Positions 30,901 through 47,300 of a stretch of 64,000 bases of DNA are shown one piece after another. Location of the stretch: the NCBI GenBank assembly GCA_009914755.4, contig CP068257.2, forward strand, positions 23,360,001-23,424,000, read 5' to 3'. The translations under genes and the position numbers were made by a program. This DNA is from the human T2T-CHM13v2.0 reference genome, Homo sapiens. Each line of letters starts with the position of its first letter. The first letter of the stretch is position 1. The notes under the pieces were generated by a model, which saw nothing but the letters and a program-made list of their open reading frames with translations, did not search any database and had not been told where the DNA came from.

Positions 30901-31517
30901 GCTACCAATTTGAAAGGCAGTGAATGAAATCTAATTTTAAAATGCAAAATCAAGCAAGAGCCAAGAAAAGAAAATTGCTTTTATTTTTCTATATCCTTAG
31001 CAAGTTAGTGATTACTGAATATTTAATGCATCAACCTGACTACCATAGGATATCTTGAGAGCAAACATAACATCTTAAGTTACAGAGTCCCAAGTAACTT
31101 TTGCATCAAGAACCCCTAGATTTCATTATAAGCATAAAGCACAGATGTATTATGAATATTCTTTATTGTAACACATTCTCAAACTGTAAGCATCTAATGT
31201 CTAATTATAGGTTACTAAATTTTATCTGTAACATATAAGTGAATTAATATTCTTATAGAATAAAAAAATTGAATTGGAAAACTTTGGAGTCTTCTTAAAT
31301 TAAATTTACTTCCATGTTATCATCTCTTTAACTTATATTATCTTAGCATTTCTATATTTGGATCAAACCTCCTATCATATACTTACTGATTAATTATGTT
31401 AAAATTATTTCTTCATAGTTTCAAGTATATATTCTTTATTCCTCTAGTTAGGTTTGAAACTCTTCAATAGTTGGAATCATGTCCTCTGTTGCCCATTTTT
31501 TCCTCCACACTAAACGC

Positions 31518-31843
31518 TATGATTTAAATGTTGGTTCCCCTCCAAATTAATGTTTTAATCTATTTGCCACTGTGGCAGAGTTAGAGGTGGGACTTTGTGG
31601 AGGTGATTGGACAATGAAGGCTTTGCCTCATGGGAGGGATTAATGTCATTATATTGACTCTCTTTTCCCTCTTTGCCTTTCTACCTTTTGCCATATGATA
31701 ATTCAGCAAGAAGGCCTAGACAAGATGCCAGCACTTTGATATTGAACTTGCCAGCCTTCAGAACCCTGAGACAATACATTTCTGTTCGTTATAAATTACT
31801 CAATATTTAGTATTCTGTTATAGCAGCACAAAATGAACTAAGC
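31518..31843 (+). mobile_element. MLT-type (MaLR) LTR, plus orientation
   Basis: '...gggactttgtggaggtgattggacaatgaaggctttgcctcatgggagggattaatg...gccagcactttgatattgaacttgccagccttcagaaccctgagacaatacatttctgttcgttataaattactc...ttctgttatagcagcacaaaatgaactaag'. Confidence 0.55.
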
Positions 31844-32011
31844 CACTGAATACTACATACCCATTATTATAAATGACTCCTAAGGGATCAACCTATCCTT
31901 TAAAAATCCTGAAAAAGTGAGTTAATAGATTGGAATTCTATACTTTTCACACCATTCATCACTGCCTTGCCATAGGATCACTCTAAGGGCTCTTGCCACA
32001 GGAAAATTATC

Positions 32012-33360
<1,349 letters not shown>

Positions 33361-36300
33361 TCAACATTGTAAATTTTTATCTTGGACCTAAGGTCTACCA
33401 AGATGTTTATGCATCCTGGAAAATGGAGAAAAATACAGAATTATAAGTTTTCACAAAACAAAAATATTAAACATAAAAAGTTGTGCTTTATCCTGAGATT
33501 ATATTTATCAAATGCTAATTTTTAGATGGTATTTACCAATATGGCAGCTAATGTCTATGCCAATCGGCCAATTAGTACAAGTACTATATCAGTTGTTTAA
33601 TATTTTTAATACAACCCAGGGAATTAATTATGGTTTTATATATTAAGATTCTCCTTTTATATGAAATGGTGGCAATAAAGTTTAGTTATTTTATATTCAC
33701 TTTTCTTTAAGATAGATGTAGCTGAAAAACAACATCGACAACCCTATGTCAGTCTTCTCTCTTTAAAGTATAAAAGTAATTTTATAACCCAGTGATGTCC
33801 AAAAGCCTGGGAAAGAGACAAAACTGCTCATTTTAACTCCATGAGATTCCTTGTGTTTAAAAGTAATTTTTTTTTATTTCTCAGCTTCCAAAATTTTATT
33901 TGACAGCCTCCATGTTTGCATATAGTATCCTAAAAACAGAAAAATTTCTAGCTTAACTCCCTTGCAAAGTCTTAAATGGCTATAATTTGAAATAGGAATT
34001 ATGCCATCAAATATGAAGAAAAGAAGTACGGCAACTAAAAATAAACTCTGTCTGAAACTTTACACTTTATGGATCCTACTTTATATGTAATATCAAAAAA
34101 TCATAATAGTGAGATACGTGAAGTGTATGTTAATTTATGCCTTCTGGTATACATAAGCATAATATTTTTCAGTATGGGGAATATAAATTTTAAAATTATA
34201 AAATCTTAAAATGAGGTAAGACCTTTACATCATCTAGCCTAATCCCATGAAGTTCAACCACGATGCCTGTATTTATTTCCCTGACCATATTATTTCTGCT
34301 AAACCATACGTAATACTAAAATGTTCACCACCTCACATAGCTTCCTATTGCTGCTATGGAGAGCCTTCACTGTTCTAAAAATCTATCTAAAATTGAATTT
34401 GAGTTTTTATCTATTAATGACATTTTGATCTCCAGTTTATCTTTATAGCCATACAGACTGCATAGTTATTTTTCTCAAACATAATAACATTTTAAAGCCT
34501 TAAAATATTAATAGGTCTCTCATAAAGGTTAAGGTCTTTTAGAAAACCTAACACCAAAAATTTCAAGCCCCCACCCAGCACAAAGTTAATTAGTTAGTTA
34601 CTGAGGTTTTGTATCATAAACCCCAAACTATAGAAGGTGCTCTCTTGAAGTTGTTTAAATTGTCCATTTTGCCTGCAAAACTCAAAACCATAGACTTTCT
34701 TGTTCTTAGGCTGTATACTTTTGGGAAGTGATACTGGAACATTTGCCTTGCCTTATACATCACATTCTTGTTCTCTTGTTTCTTTTAACTGATGACAAAC
34801 CCAGCTGCCTTTAACACATACAACCTCTGCTAACTGCCAGAAAGCAGAGGGTCTCACTCTCAGGATACTTTAAACACATTAGCGTTTGCCTTCAGTATAG
34901 ATCTCTATTTTCTTCAGCTATCCCTAATGGGTTATCACTCAATTTTGGATACCATAATACCTGAGACAAAAGACATTGTGTTACCTCAGCTAAAGAATTT
35001 CTATCAAAAAGGTCTATTTTTAACAGAAGGTCTGCTTTTTTTCTAACCTTATTATTCCTTTATCGCCCTCTTACATAGATGGTATTATTAGGCAAAATTA
35101 TCCATAGGTCATGGAAAAAAAGAAGGCCTGCTCTTCTTTTGCTTCATTTGTGGAAATGGCTCTTCATTTCTAAACCCAAGATTCTCAGGCTTTATGTTAT
35201 AGTTACATTTATGTGGCAACTTGGTTATGCTGTGGTGTCCATTTGCTGGTCAACCATTTCGACTATTTAAAGGTAGCAAAAATGGAGGCAGCAACACTCA
35301 CGGATTGGCAAAGCAAGGAAGCCATTCCTTCCCTAAGACTGAAAGGGCAAGAAAGGAATGCATGGCAGCAGCTCCAGGTGCTAGAGAACATATCAGGGCT
35401 TTCCAAAATCCTGTGCAGAAGAGGGGGTGAGCAAGAGAAGAGATACCCTGCCCTCTCTCCCCTTCTATCATCCACTTTCTGCAAGTACTTCCCCCTAGCT
35501 AAGTCTAACTGGAAGCCAGAAAGACAGCATCTACATGAACCATTCTCCTGAGGCACAGAGCAGGAAGTGAGGAGCAGGGAATGGAAAAGAATCAGCATGT
35601 GACCCTCACTGTAAATTACACCAAAAACATTTGGATGCATCTGTCAAGGTTTATGAAGAATGTCTGTACCTTTAAAGGCTGAATATTGTGTTTCACTCAA
35701 CATGTCACCTCTCTGGGTCCTCTTCTTCTATGGTTAAAAAAAAAATACTGTAATAGGATTTCTAATTCTCCCTTCTTGCTACACTTAAACTCTGAGAGAA
35801 GAAGAAAAAGTAATGAATAAGAAATAAATATTATGCCCCTCACTCCCCACTCTTTGGAAAGTTTAAGTGGATGCCATCAATTTTAATTTTAAATATCCTT
35901 CCTCCATTGGACAGATTAATGGAGGAAATAGAGTAGAAACATAATGAGGTGAAGCCCAGATATCTGTGCGAATGTACCCAAATATTAACACTCAGTGAGC
36001 TACTATTTGGTATTTTTAATTAAAAAAATAAGTTAATGAAAAGTGAGCGTATACTATATAGAATTGCTGATTAGCTGAATGAGCAGAGCATCCTGGCCTT
36101 TCTGTCAAAAGGCACTTATTACTTGGTGTCCCTATTTTAGCCTAGAATGTTCTAAAGAGTGACAGTAAATCATATGTTATGCTGTGATTGCTAGCTCACT
36201 ATTTTTTACAGGCATATTATTTGGGGTGATAAAAACTAATAGAACAAAGAGAAGCTGATTTCCCACTTACCTAGCAGTTACTAAGCAAAGGATGAATTCC

Positions 36301-39300
36301 TTTATGTGGAGATTCATCAACCCAGATTCTTTCCATTTTGTGGCTCTGTACCCTTTAGGGTCTATCTGTCATTTGCATCTAGTGAGTACAAAGAAATACA
36401 GATCTTTTGGGGTAGGAAGCATACTTTCTTCCTACAAGAGTCGATACAGAAACGGCATGCATTGCTTTCATGCACATTCCATTCTCTGCAATTTAGTCAT
36501 ATGTCCAAACCCAAATGCAAAGAAGACCAAGAAAGTAGGCTGGCTGTGTGCCCCAAAAGAGAAAATTGACTTTTGCTAAATAGCTCTATCACATACATAG
36601 GGATTATGAAAATAAACATGTATACATTTAATGATGTCTAAATAACTCCTGATGCTTAAAGTTAATATTATGACAACGTAAAATATTACAGGATAAGTAA
36701 GCCTTTCATTTCTATGTATCTTAATGTAAAATATTCATGTTTAATTAGTGTAGACTGAGCACAAATAATGTGTCTTTGCTTTAAATTTTAGGGAAACAAG
36801 AGGGGCAAAATATTCTACCATATGTTATTTTCCCATTTAAATTTCTCAAAGGAAAGGTAGGCTATGGTATAATGGTTACAATTATAATAAGAAATAGAAG
36901 AGAATATTAAAAAACAATACTTTAATTTCTGCCTGTCTAAATAAAATAGCTGTCTGCTAGTGCTTCTGAAAATCTATATAAAAATTTCCCTATTAATGAT
37001 GAGACATCTTCAATAGTTTAATTGGAAATAATTAAATTTCCCTAAGAAAAAGGACAGATTGAAATAGCCAAGTGCTGTAACGATCAAATTGGTAACCAAT
37101 TAATTATTTTTTACATGTGCCCTGCTTCTTGTTTAAGTACCATCAGTAAGTTAACACAAAATTCAGTTAAGTTTTGTTTTTTTCACTCAATCAATTTCTA
37201 CACAGCTTTTCTAGGTTGGGTATTGTGCTATTTGGTGTTGATAGAGTTATTAACAAGATAATCAAAGACTTACATTCTAGCAGCATTAATGAACTTTTAC
37301 TATGTGCTCATTCATTGCAAAAAATGATCATACAGAATAAGTATTATTATCTCCATTTTACAATAAGGACATTTAGACTCAGGGAGAGGTTAAGTAATGT
37401 GTCTAATGCCTTGTGGTTTGTGAGAGTGGAGTTGAACCAAACCCCAAGTATCTCATCTTATCCCTCTGCTGCATGTAACTAGAACTGAATTCCATATGAA
37501 ACAAGCTCTTCCTGAAAATTTAAGTCAGTGAGACTTTCTCACTGCTTAGTTTACTTTCTCTAATTTTTAATTGATATTTCCTCTTACAATATTCAAAAAT
37601 TGGGTTTCATTATATATGTAGTCTCACTTCCAGTTTCTAATAATACTGTGTTTTTCTAACATGGAAGATTTTTTTTTCTAAAGCAATTGCTGACTTTTTG
37701 ATAATGAGTCAACAGTGCCATCTTCTGTCTCTGTTCTCATCAGCCACTGGAAATAAAGCCTTAAAAGACTGGGTTAATGTAGATCAGGAACAGGAAGCAA
37801 GGAATCTGGAGAGTTTACAATCTTGGCAAAATGTACTACATCTTTGAACACTTGCAAAGAGACTAATTGTTTGAAAGGCTCGCAGGGCAGAGACGTGTTA
37901 AAAACAGTGCAGTGTGATTAGTTTCCTGAAACCTTTGAGTAGCCCTTCCAACAATGGAACCGAAGAAGGAGGAAGCAGGAGGGAGGAGACAATGACAGAA
38001 ACAGGTGGCAAGAGGTTGTAATGATTTGGGACGCCGTAATTGATGGAATAAAATAAGCAACTCTCCTGTTTGTTCTACCAATTGTTTACACATTTCCTCC
38101 TGTCTTCACCTTTAGAGTAACATGACTGATCTTGGTAAGCACTTTTATCAAGCAAAAAAAAAATAAAAAGGAAAAGATACAAATGAAACAAAATATTAAG
38201 CCCTGAATTTTTTCCTTCTCTGCATGTGAAGCATAGTTATCAAAACTGAGGCATGTGAGAAAACTTAGATAAACATGAAAATCTTGCAGGATTGAACATG
38301 TAGCTGAGAAAACACTATTTTTTTTTTTTTTTTGCAAATCTATCCTATTTTGGAAATGTATTTTTAGTCTCATCATACTTTCCAGCCATCTTGCAAAGTA
38401 AAAAAGATGAAAATTAAAAACTCAAAGGGTTTACCAGTACTTAGGTGAGTTCATTTGAGTATCTCCATTTCACAATGCTTATCTTTCATATACCTACGCT
38501 GGGTTTAAGCTTTCTGAATAGTAGCCACTTCGAGAAATATTTATGACGTTAATCATATTGCCCAGAATACAATTGTTCTTCTGAGGAATTTGAAGAAATG
38601 GTAGGAATCCCAAACAGATTTTCGAAGTTCTCTTAGACAAGGAACTCCAAACAGCAGCAAGGCAAAAGTATGAATGAAAGGTAGTTTTAATGCCTGTCTT
38701 TATAAGTGTGGCTTTTGTGAGGCTGCTGTTTTCCATAATTATTTTGCATACTTGAAGACGAAGCATGAACGGCAGCTACGAGTGGGCACAATACAATGTG
38801 TAACTGGAAAATTTTCTGTGTACCACCAAGGGAAAACTGCCACTTTACTTTTGCTGAATTATTGGCAATCTACTTCTTTGTGCCCATCTGCTTTTTTCAG
38901 CCTTTCATTAAAATAGTATTAGATGAGTTTTCTTACTATAAATTAGTGGTCAGTGCTGGACAAAGGGGATTGGAATTGGAGTTTTCTGAAATTTAACCAA
39001 ACACCTTAACAAGATGTCTCCAAAAAAGCCAAGTATCTAAGGTTTGATGGGTTACCAGGCTTGCAAAGGATCTTCCATCTGTTTCTGAGGGCTTCACATG
39101 ACAGTCCCTGACTTATGTTCCCTAACAGCCCACTCTATTTCACACTAGCCAGAGGTATTATACTTTAATTGTATCATATTAAACACACTCTAGAAAACCC
39201 AGAATTCCATGTTAATTCGTCAGTCAACACAAGAAACTTAGCTTCCTAAATTGGCATATCTATATTTAAAGATCATCAATGTCAACATTTTACTATTTCT

Positions 39301-40133
39301 CTAAGCAGGGCAGTTATCATGTAATTTCATAAGCATGAAGTAATAAAATTGATCTGAAAATGCATATACATATTTATTCTCCCTTTTACAAAACTAGAAT
39401 GCTTTCTACAATTGTTTTTTAATAAAGTCATTTTCAAAATATACACAATGCAAATCATTATGGGGATCTTCCTTCTCTATTGCCTCCCTCTGGTTGTGGA
39501 TAAAAACTGGTTTCCTGGGCAAGAGCAAAGGCAGAGACCAGGCTGAATCAAAGGAGCTGCAATTGCTATGAATTCTCCAAATCTCCTTACACAGATGCTC
39601 AGAAGGATGAGATTCTGCCATTTTGTACCCGAACATTCCTCCCAGCCTGTGATGCTGAAAGATTAAAGACTCCACGAGTACACACAACATGACTGATTGA
39701 TTACACTGACTTCAGTGCAACTCACTGGGAGAAGCACGAGGCTTGAGCTTTAACCAGAAGCTCTCTCAAGCACATGGCAATCTTTCTATATCCAAGGGAG
39801 GCTTTCTTTTTAATTTCATAAACTCACTTTTATTTATGGCACAGACCCCTTCTAGACCCCTCCTCAGGACTTTTTACAAAGGGTGCCCATTAGACCACTT
39901 ATATCATCTCCTCTAGTTGCTGTTTATTCTATTTGCATTTGTTTTTCTCATTTAACTGTAATCACCTTATGGTAAGGGTGTTGGTGGTGGTACAAGGAGT
40001 GGCATTGACACAACTCCAGCCTTAGGTGACACCTGACTTTTACTAACTTAATTTCCCTTGTGGTCTTACTTAATTCATCTTACTCCAGTGGTCAAAAGAA
40101 TGATAAAATTTCCATAATTCTGCTTGTGTCCAA

Positions 40134-40205
40134 TCTCTCTCTCTTTCTCTTCCTCTATCTCTCCCCCTCTCTCTCCCTCTCTTTCTCTTTCTTTTTTCTC
40201 TCCCC
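40134..40205. repeat. (CT)n-rich polypyrimidine simple repeat
   Basis: 'ctctctctctctttctcttcctctatctctccccctctctctccctctctttctctttcttttttctctcccc'. Confidence 0.75.
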
Positions 40206-41374
40206 TGGGTCCATTTATTTCTCTTTTTAAAATCAGTAATTACCAAAGTACCTCTGAAATTTACTAATTAACTTCATTTCTGATAACTAAGCTTGATAAC
40301 TTTTCTTCTTTCTATAAAATAAACTTATCCTCTGATACATACAACCCAATTAAATGTTGACTTTCTCAGTTGTAGAGCTATCGATTTCCTAAGATTAAAG
40401 TAGTCTTCCTCATTGAAATTTTAGAAAAGTCCAAGGCAATAATATGAGGACAAAGAGGGAGTTGCCATTGTCTGATTAAAGTCAACGGAATAGATAAATG
40501 TGTCAAAAAGAACAAGTGGCATAACGGATCATAAGTATAGCAAATCCACAACTTATTATGAATTGTCTGATGTACATAGTTTTGAACTTTTCTTTTAAAT
40601 CTTTTTTAAATTAAGTCATTTAACTATGTATTTGAAGACAATGTTTCTCCACCTTTAAACTGCCTCAAAATCTTTCTAAGGACACCCACTAGGGACTTCT
40701 CTTAATGCATATACTGAGTTTTTTAAAGATGATATCTCTACCAGCAAGCAGACTGATGGTTTGCGTGTGTTAAATACTCTATTAGGTTATGGTGCATACA
40801 TGCTGCATACATGTAATCCTAACAAAAAGCCTGTGAGGTATTAAAAGGTTTCTTTATGTACAAAGAAAAGATACTCCTGAGTATTATGATCCAGGCAGCG
40901 AGGCCAAGCTCTTTTCCAGTGTCTTCCAAAGAGGATGTAGCATGGTTGAAATTCAAGATCAGGTGTGTTCGCCCTGACTACCGTGTTCCCTCACATGAAT
41001 AAAAATGATCTGTAGGGAGATACTAATTCTCCTTTTCAATAACCTTTTTCTTTAAACCATTTTTCTTTTTCAATAAACATAACTAACATAAGAGTGCTCG
41101 TAATCTTTCCTCAGAAATCGAGTTTATATTTTCCATTTATCCCTGCATTAACTAAGGTTTTAAAGGTAATGAATTCAGAATTTATTTGAATAACATAGTT
41201 TCAATAGAAGCACTAACAGCAGAAGCCCAGGGGCTTACAGACAACATAACCAGGTTGAACATTTCTCCTATCTTTTCTTCCGATTTATCACAAAATATTT
41301 ACATATAATTAGTTTGTTGTATGTACATTTAATTATTGTGTCATGTGTTTTTACAGGTAATTTATTTATCTATG

Positions 41375-41771
41375 CATTAGTTTGCTCGGGCTTCCATGAC
41401 AAAATATTGCAGACTGGGTGGCTTAACCAACAGGAATTTATAATTCTAGAGGCTGGAAGTCTGAGATGAAGGTGTTGGAAGGGCTGGTTTCTGCTGAGTC
41501 CCTCTCCTTGGTTTGCGGATGACTGTGCCGTTGCTGCCTCTTCTCATGGTTTTTCCTCTGTGCACACACACTTCTGATGTCTCTGTGTGTGTCCAAATCT
41601 CTTCTTGGGAGAACACCAGTCAGTTTGGTTTAGGGCCCTCCCTAGTAATCTCATTTTAACATAATTATCTCTTTAAAGGCCCTGCCTCTAAATACTGGCA
41701 CATTCTCAGGTACTGGGGGATTATGGCTTCAACATATGAATTTTCAGGGGACACAATTTAGCCCATCACAG
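41375..41771 (-). mobile_element. MLT-type (MaLR) LTR, near full length, minus orientation
   Basis: 'cattagtttgctcgggcttccatgacaaaatattgcagactgggtggcttaaccaacaggaatttataattctagaggctggaagtctgagatgaaggtgt...gtccaaatctcttcttgggagaacaccagtcagtttggtttagggccctccctagtaatctcattttaac...ggtactgggggattatggcttcaacatatgaattttcaggggacacaatttagcccatcacag'. Confidence 0.6.
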
Positions 41772-44700
41772 TCTGTATAATTGAAAAGCTATAGCACAGA
41801 ATATTGAATTGCTATTTGTGTAAAGAAAAAAGGTCCCACTGTAGACATGGAAACAGTTCAAACAAAGGGGGACAGGAGTAGATAGGAGTGGATTAAAAGA
41901 AGATATGTTATTTTCTCATGGCAGAGAATATGTTGACTGCCTTAGAAACATAAACAAAATATGAGAAATATTTTATTCTAATACAACAATGAGCAAAACT
42001 GTACTTAAGCCAGACGGCTGGAATTAGGGATTCAGGAAATAAGCATTGCAATTATATGTCAATCAAGTGATAAACTTAAAACCCTGCAGTGTCAGTTAAG
42101 AAGAAAGATTATTAGATTTATCAAAACACCACAGTGGAATACAGGAAATATAGCCCAAATGACAAAGAGAATATTTGCAGGAACTAAGAATAATCATTTT
42201 AAAGGAAAATAGGTTGAAATTAAGTCAAGAATGTTGAACAATGATCATAATAAAAACAACTCTGAAAGCCTGTTAGAAACCTATTGCCTCTGGCTCCTTA
42301 GAATATTTAAGAATTTGATGTCCAGAAACAGTCATGGCCCTTTCAGGAATATAATGTCGGTTTATAATGAAATTTTCAAAAATTCATAAAAGATTCACAA
42401 GTCTAAAAAGAACAATGCAGATCCTCAGAGATTCTTACATTTAAATAAATGTAGAACATTTATGTATACTGCAGGACAGAACTTGACATATTATAAAGAA
42501 TTTTCAAAGAGCAAATAATTAGTTTTGTCTTGAAAAATGTAAGATTTTAAAATGGTATGGTATCTTTAAAAATCTGATAGTTCACCTATAAAAAAATGTT
42601 GCTAGAAAAGATTGGTATCAGGGTGGGCACAACTTATAGGCAGGAGAATATTTTCTTATTTCTGGAAAAGAATCAGCATAGAAGGTGCTTTACATATTTC
42701 TTTAAATTCAAGATAAATGATACCAAATGTGGAACAGATGCTATTTTGGAGACAGGAATACATATGATATTAACAAAGAGAAATTAAACAGCAAAAGCAA
42801 TTCATAAATAGTGACACATAAAGATGGGTACTATATTGCAAAATTCAAAGGAGTATGACGTGGAGAAATGAGAACTATAAATTGTCAGCCTCACAGGGAT
42901 TTGAATAGTCTTTTACATATATCAGAAAGAGAATTCAAGTTTTTATGTCATAAAATTCAGGGAACAGTTAGTTTGTTAACTCAGTGGCTTGATTGGGTAT
43001 AGATACAGTCTTGGAAAATAACTCTCATGACAGTGCAGATTGAGGAGATGCTGGCAGCCAGAAACTATGTTATAGCACAGTGAAGAGTTTATGAGCATCT
43101 AAATAGAAAATTGGGCAGAGCCAATGGAGTGGAAGAGATGGATATATCTGACCCGCTAGAGTAGTGAGTGTCATGGTTATGAATGACACTCCAAGATGTG
43201 GAACATGGAAGAATTGCAGACAATTTTGTGATTTCTAACTGAGATGCTAAGCAGATGTTGATGCTATTAATCTAGGAAAGCAGGAAATAAATACAAAGTA
43301 AAGGGCAAGTCAGATTGCAAGACTGAAGAGAGGAGAAGCAGGAAAAAATATAATATGAAAATACAATATGAGTAAGGATTTGCACATAGTGAGCCTAAAG
43401 TTCTAGTTCAAATTGAGATAGAAAAGTCTAGAAGCTAATGAGAAAATGAGTATACTCATTATTACCATTTCCTTTCACACTTCTGATAGGATTATGCTTA
43501 TCATATACTGTACATTATTTTTCTGATCCTGTTGGCCTTGCTCGTTGATAATCCTCTCATCTATATACCTCATCTCTCGCTTCTCATCTTCAGATAGCAA
43601 AAAATAAGTACAAAATACATACACACTTTTAGGTGAGGAAGTGTTTGTCAAATTAAATTAAAGAATTCGGCTTTCACTTTCTCATTGAAAAATACACTTC
43701 TATAAATGGAATGGCTTTAAGTATTTATTCATAGCTATGCATTCATCCTGCAATGCTTCAACTAGAAAAAAGGAAGAAGAAAATGAAAAGGGCCTAGGAT
43801 ATTAGTATCCTGTTGAAATAAAAGTAAAACTTCAATTTCTTTCCTGTCTAATGGAACACTTTTTGTCTCCAGTGAATGGCAGACCAGGCAGCCTTGTCAT
43901 TGTAGAAGTAAAAGGGACGTGAGTGGCTTCAGCCTGGGATAGTGATGTAAAAGGAGATAATTAAAAAGAGAGATTTGATTATGTGAAACCAAAAAAAAAT
44001 GCTCACTCTCTTAACATACTTTTTGTGCAAATGTGTTCCACTCCCTATGGGGACTGACTGAAATTAAACAGTGATTCTTTGGGAGCAAGGAGGATCTTCT
44101 ACTTAAACAGAATCCTTATCAAGATCACCCCGGGATTTGACCGAGATGGTCAGGAACAGACCTTCATCAGAGAAGGTGTATAAAGACCAGTATGAAGTGC
44201 CCAGTGGAATCCGAACAGATGAATAACTCACTTAAAATATCTGTTAAAAGGAAACTTCCAGAATCTTGGGGGAAAAAAATCCCATTTAAATAGCTTTTAA
44301 TCACCCCTGAGCATCCATGATATGCTTTCTCTGAGGAGCACAGGTATTTGGCCTCTCTGGGAGACTGCATTGCCTTCCTGGTAGAGTTTTTATTTTTTTA
44401 TTTATTTTACTTATTTATTATTTCGTCTAGGTTTGGAGAGTCATCTTTAAATTTCTATGGAGATGTTATTCTCCCTTGCTGAGAAAAGATATTGAGAGTT
44501 ACAGAAACTGATGTTATACTGTCGATTTGGAAGCAAGTATGTTCAAAAATATGCATTTGATATTCTGGAAGGTATGACTTGAGGAAGCTTCAGGGGTCTT
44601 AACTTCACATTTGCACCAATATTTTGAGCAGAGGAGGAGAAAGAAACAAAATAGAACCAGTATTCTTACCCCAACCAGTATTATTCAGTAGAACCTGAGT

Positions 44701-46994
44701 AACTCACTGTGAAATTCTATTGGGAGGACTGGACTTGGCTGCTTCAAAAAGGAAAATCATGGAGTCAGATAGATGGGATAAACAAGTTGTGTGAGACAAA
44801 CAGACATGATTGCATGGTCCCTAGTAAAGAGAACTCTAGTGAATTTGCTGCTACAAACAAAAAGAGACAGAGAAAAATTATTTCCTTTATATTTCAGTCA
44901 ATAACTACTCCATCAACCAAAAAGCCCACAGCTTTTGCTGCAAACCTCAGTGACATGTTGACCTTCAGCTTCTCCCACTGGGATGCACAATAATTTTTGT
45001 TTGAAAAATTGACTTTCCCATGATGAAAGAAAAGTGAGAAAAGAATTGTTTTATTCACCTGAGCAAAACCAGCATAACATTTCAGACCTTTGTCTTTTTT
45101 GTGAAACTCACCACTCCATTAAGATTGATCATGTCTATGAGGCTAAAAGTTATAGTCAAGAGCTTCTAATTTATGAAAAGAATAGCAGACCTTTCTTTTT
45201 AAAGTGATCATTTTCAACACGAACTAAATTTAAAATAGTATGTATTTGGATTTAGTAACTTATTATTCTTACTTTTGTATTTAAAATATCCTGTAAATTA
45301 CTAAACTCTATAACATGCATATCATCAGTAACTAAATTGTTTTGAAATTCTGGCATCAGTTTAGAAGAAATTTCTGCATTTATAGGAGGTGTTAACATCT
45401 GTAAAGTTTAAAAATAAATATAACTCAAGATTTCATACTAAAAAATGTATTTTCAAAATTTACATTTTTTTAAAATAACTCGTGACAGTTTTTTTACAGA
45501 ACTTGGTAATTTTGCTTCTACCACATCTCCAGGCTCACTTTGCATCCAGCACCTTCCTTGATCACCAGTCAAACTTTCATCTTTCTGTTTCTGGAGTTCA
45601 CCAAGCTCTTTCCCAATTGAGGTTACTTATATATGTATATGTTTTGCCTGGGCTATTCTTCACCACACTGTTCATGTGGCTAATTCTTTTATTATCTTTA
45701 AAGGTCACCTTAAATGACAGGAATGTGTTACCTTTCCTGGCTCCAAATCCAAAATTAGGTCTTATCCCTTTATTACATTTACCCATAGATTTTCTTGATA
45801 GCACAGGGAAATAGAGTTTTATTCATCCTTGTATCCCCAGCACCTATCATATTATATAGTAGGCACCCAGGAAATATTCATTGCATGAATTAAGTAGAGA
45901 TGGTCTGTGCTTTCAAAGAACTTTCAGTCTTCATAATGAATATAAATAATAAAAATATTAAATTAAATTGCATTATAAATGTTATATTAGGAAATACATA
46001 TAGGATGCTTTCTAACCTGTACTTAGAGTAAAATTCAAAGTGGAATCTAAAGGATAAATATGAATCAACCAAAAAAGAAGGGTAGGTTTTCATCTACTTG
46101 TATCTAATAGATACATTTTTGTATTGAAAAAAATGTTTCAGGTAGATATATTTTATCCAAAATTGCTTCAGGCAAATAGAGATACAAAGGGCCAATGGAG
46201 AAGTATCTCAACATGGTTAAGCCTAGTGGACATCACTGTCCTGCCTAAGATAAAGACTGTCACTGAAGACCCTGCTTATCTTTAACATTGTCCATTTTGT
46301 AGTGCCATCAGGAGGTATTAAAGAAAACCCTCAGGGTACAGAGTAACAACAACCATATATGCTTTTACCAGCTACTTCTTGTCAGTAACTAAAAGAAAAA
46401 TATTGTATATTGTTTTATAGAGTGCTTAAATGACATTTACCTACACAAATATCAAATTGCAAACACTTTGTGCTTCAAAACTTATTTATAAGTTTTGTTT
46501 ATATATTATTTATAACCTCGGTATGATTTAAACCATATAACAAAATAGCAAGAGAGGAAAAGAGAACTGCAAAAGAACTGCAAGACAGACAGAAAATAAT
46601 GAACAAAATGGAAATAGTAAGTCCTTCCATTGGAGGAACACATAGACTGAAAGTGAAGGTATGGAAAAGATGTCTCATGCAAATGGTTACCTAAACAGAG
46701 AAGAAGTAGCTGTCCTTAGACAAAATCAACATTAAATCAAAAACTGTCACAGGAGACAAGTACATTATGTAATGACTAGAGGGTCAATCACTCCAGAAAA
46801 TACAACAATTAAAAATATATATGCACAGAACATCAGAGTGCCTAATATCTAGAGCAAACTTTGACAGACCTGAAGAAATAAATAGGCATTAATACCAGAA
46901 TATTTGGACACTTCAATACCCCACTTCCAATAAGGGATAGAAAGTCCAGAAATAAAGTCAATAAGGAAATAACAGGCTTGAACAATACTATAGA

Positions 46995-47300
46995 CCAGGG
47001 ACCCCCAATCCCTGGGCCACAGACCAGTGTTGGTCCATGTCCTGTTAGGAACTGGGCCACACTGCAGGAGGTGAGCTGTGGGACAGGTAGCATTACAGCC
47101 TGAGCTCTGCCTCTGTCAGATCAGCAGTGGCATTAGATTCTCACAGGGAATGAACCATATTGTGAACTGCACATGGTAGGGATCTAGGTTCTGTACTTCT
47201 CGTGAGAATCAGAAACCACCCCCGACCCTCCCTTCGCATGGAAAAGCTGTCTTACATGAAACCAGTCTCTGGTCCAAAAAGGCTGGGCACTGCTACTGTA
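46995..47300. mobile_element. TIR-bearing non-autonomous DNA-transposon-like element nested in the L1 (family unassigned)
   Basis: 5' end 'gacccccaatccctgggccacagaccagtgttggtccatgtcctgttaggaactgggccacactgcaggaggtgagc' and 3' end 'gaaaccagtctctggtccaaaaaggctgggcactgc' are inverted complements. The interior '...cagcagtggcattagattctcacaggg...' matches a common human MITE-like repeat. It splits the L1 ORF2 sequence. Confidence 0.5.

Noticed and set aside
35213-35640. Three overlapping ORFs of 69-125 codons (two plus, one minus) in sequence with no recognised repeat
   Set aside because: There are no splice or start-codon context features I could support. The peptides are low-complexity with no recognisable motif, and the opposite-strand overlap argues for chance. 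The region has weak similarity to MIR-like repeats ('...tcacctctctgggtcctc...'). I left it unannotated.
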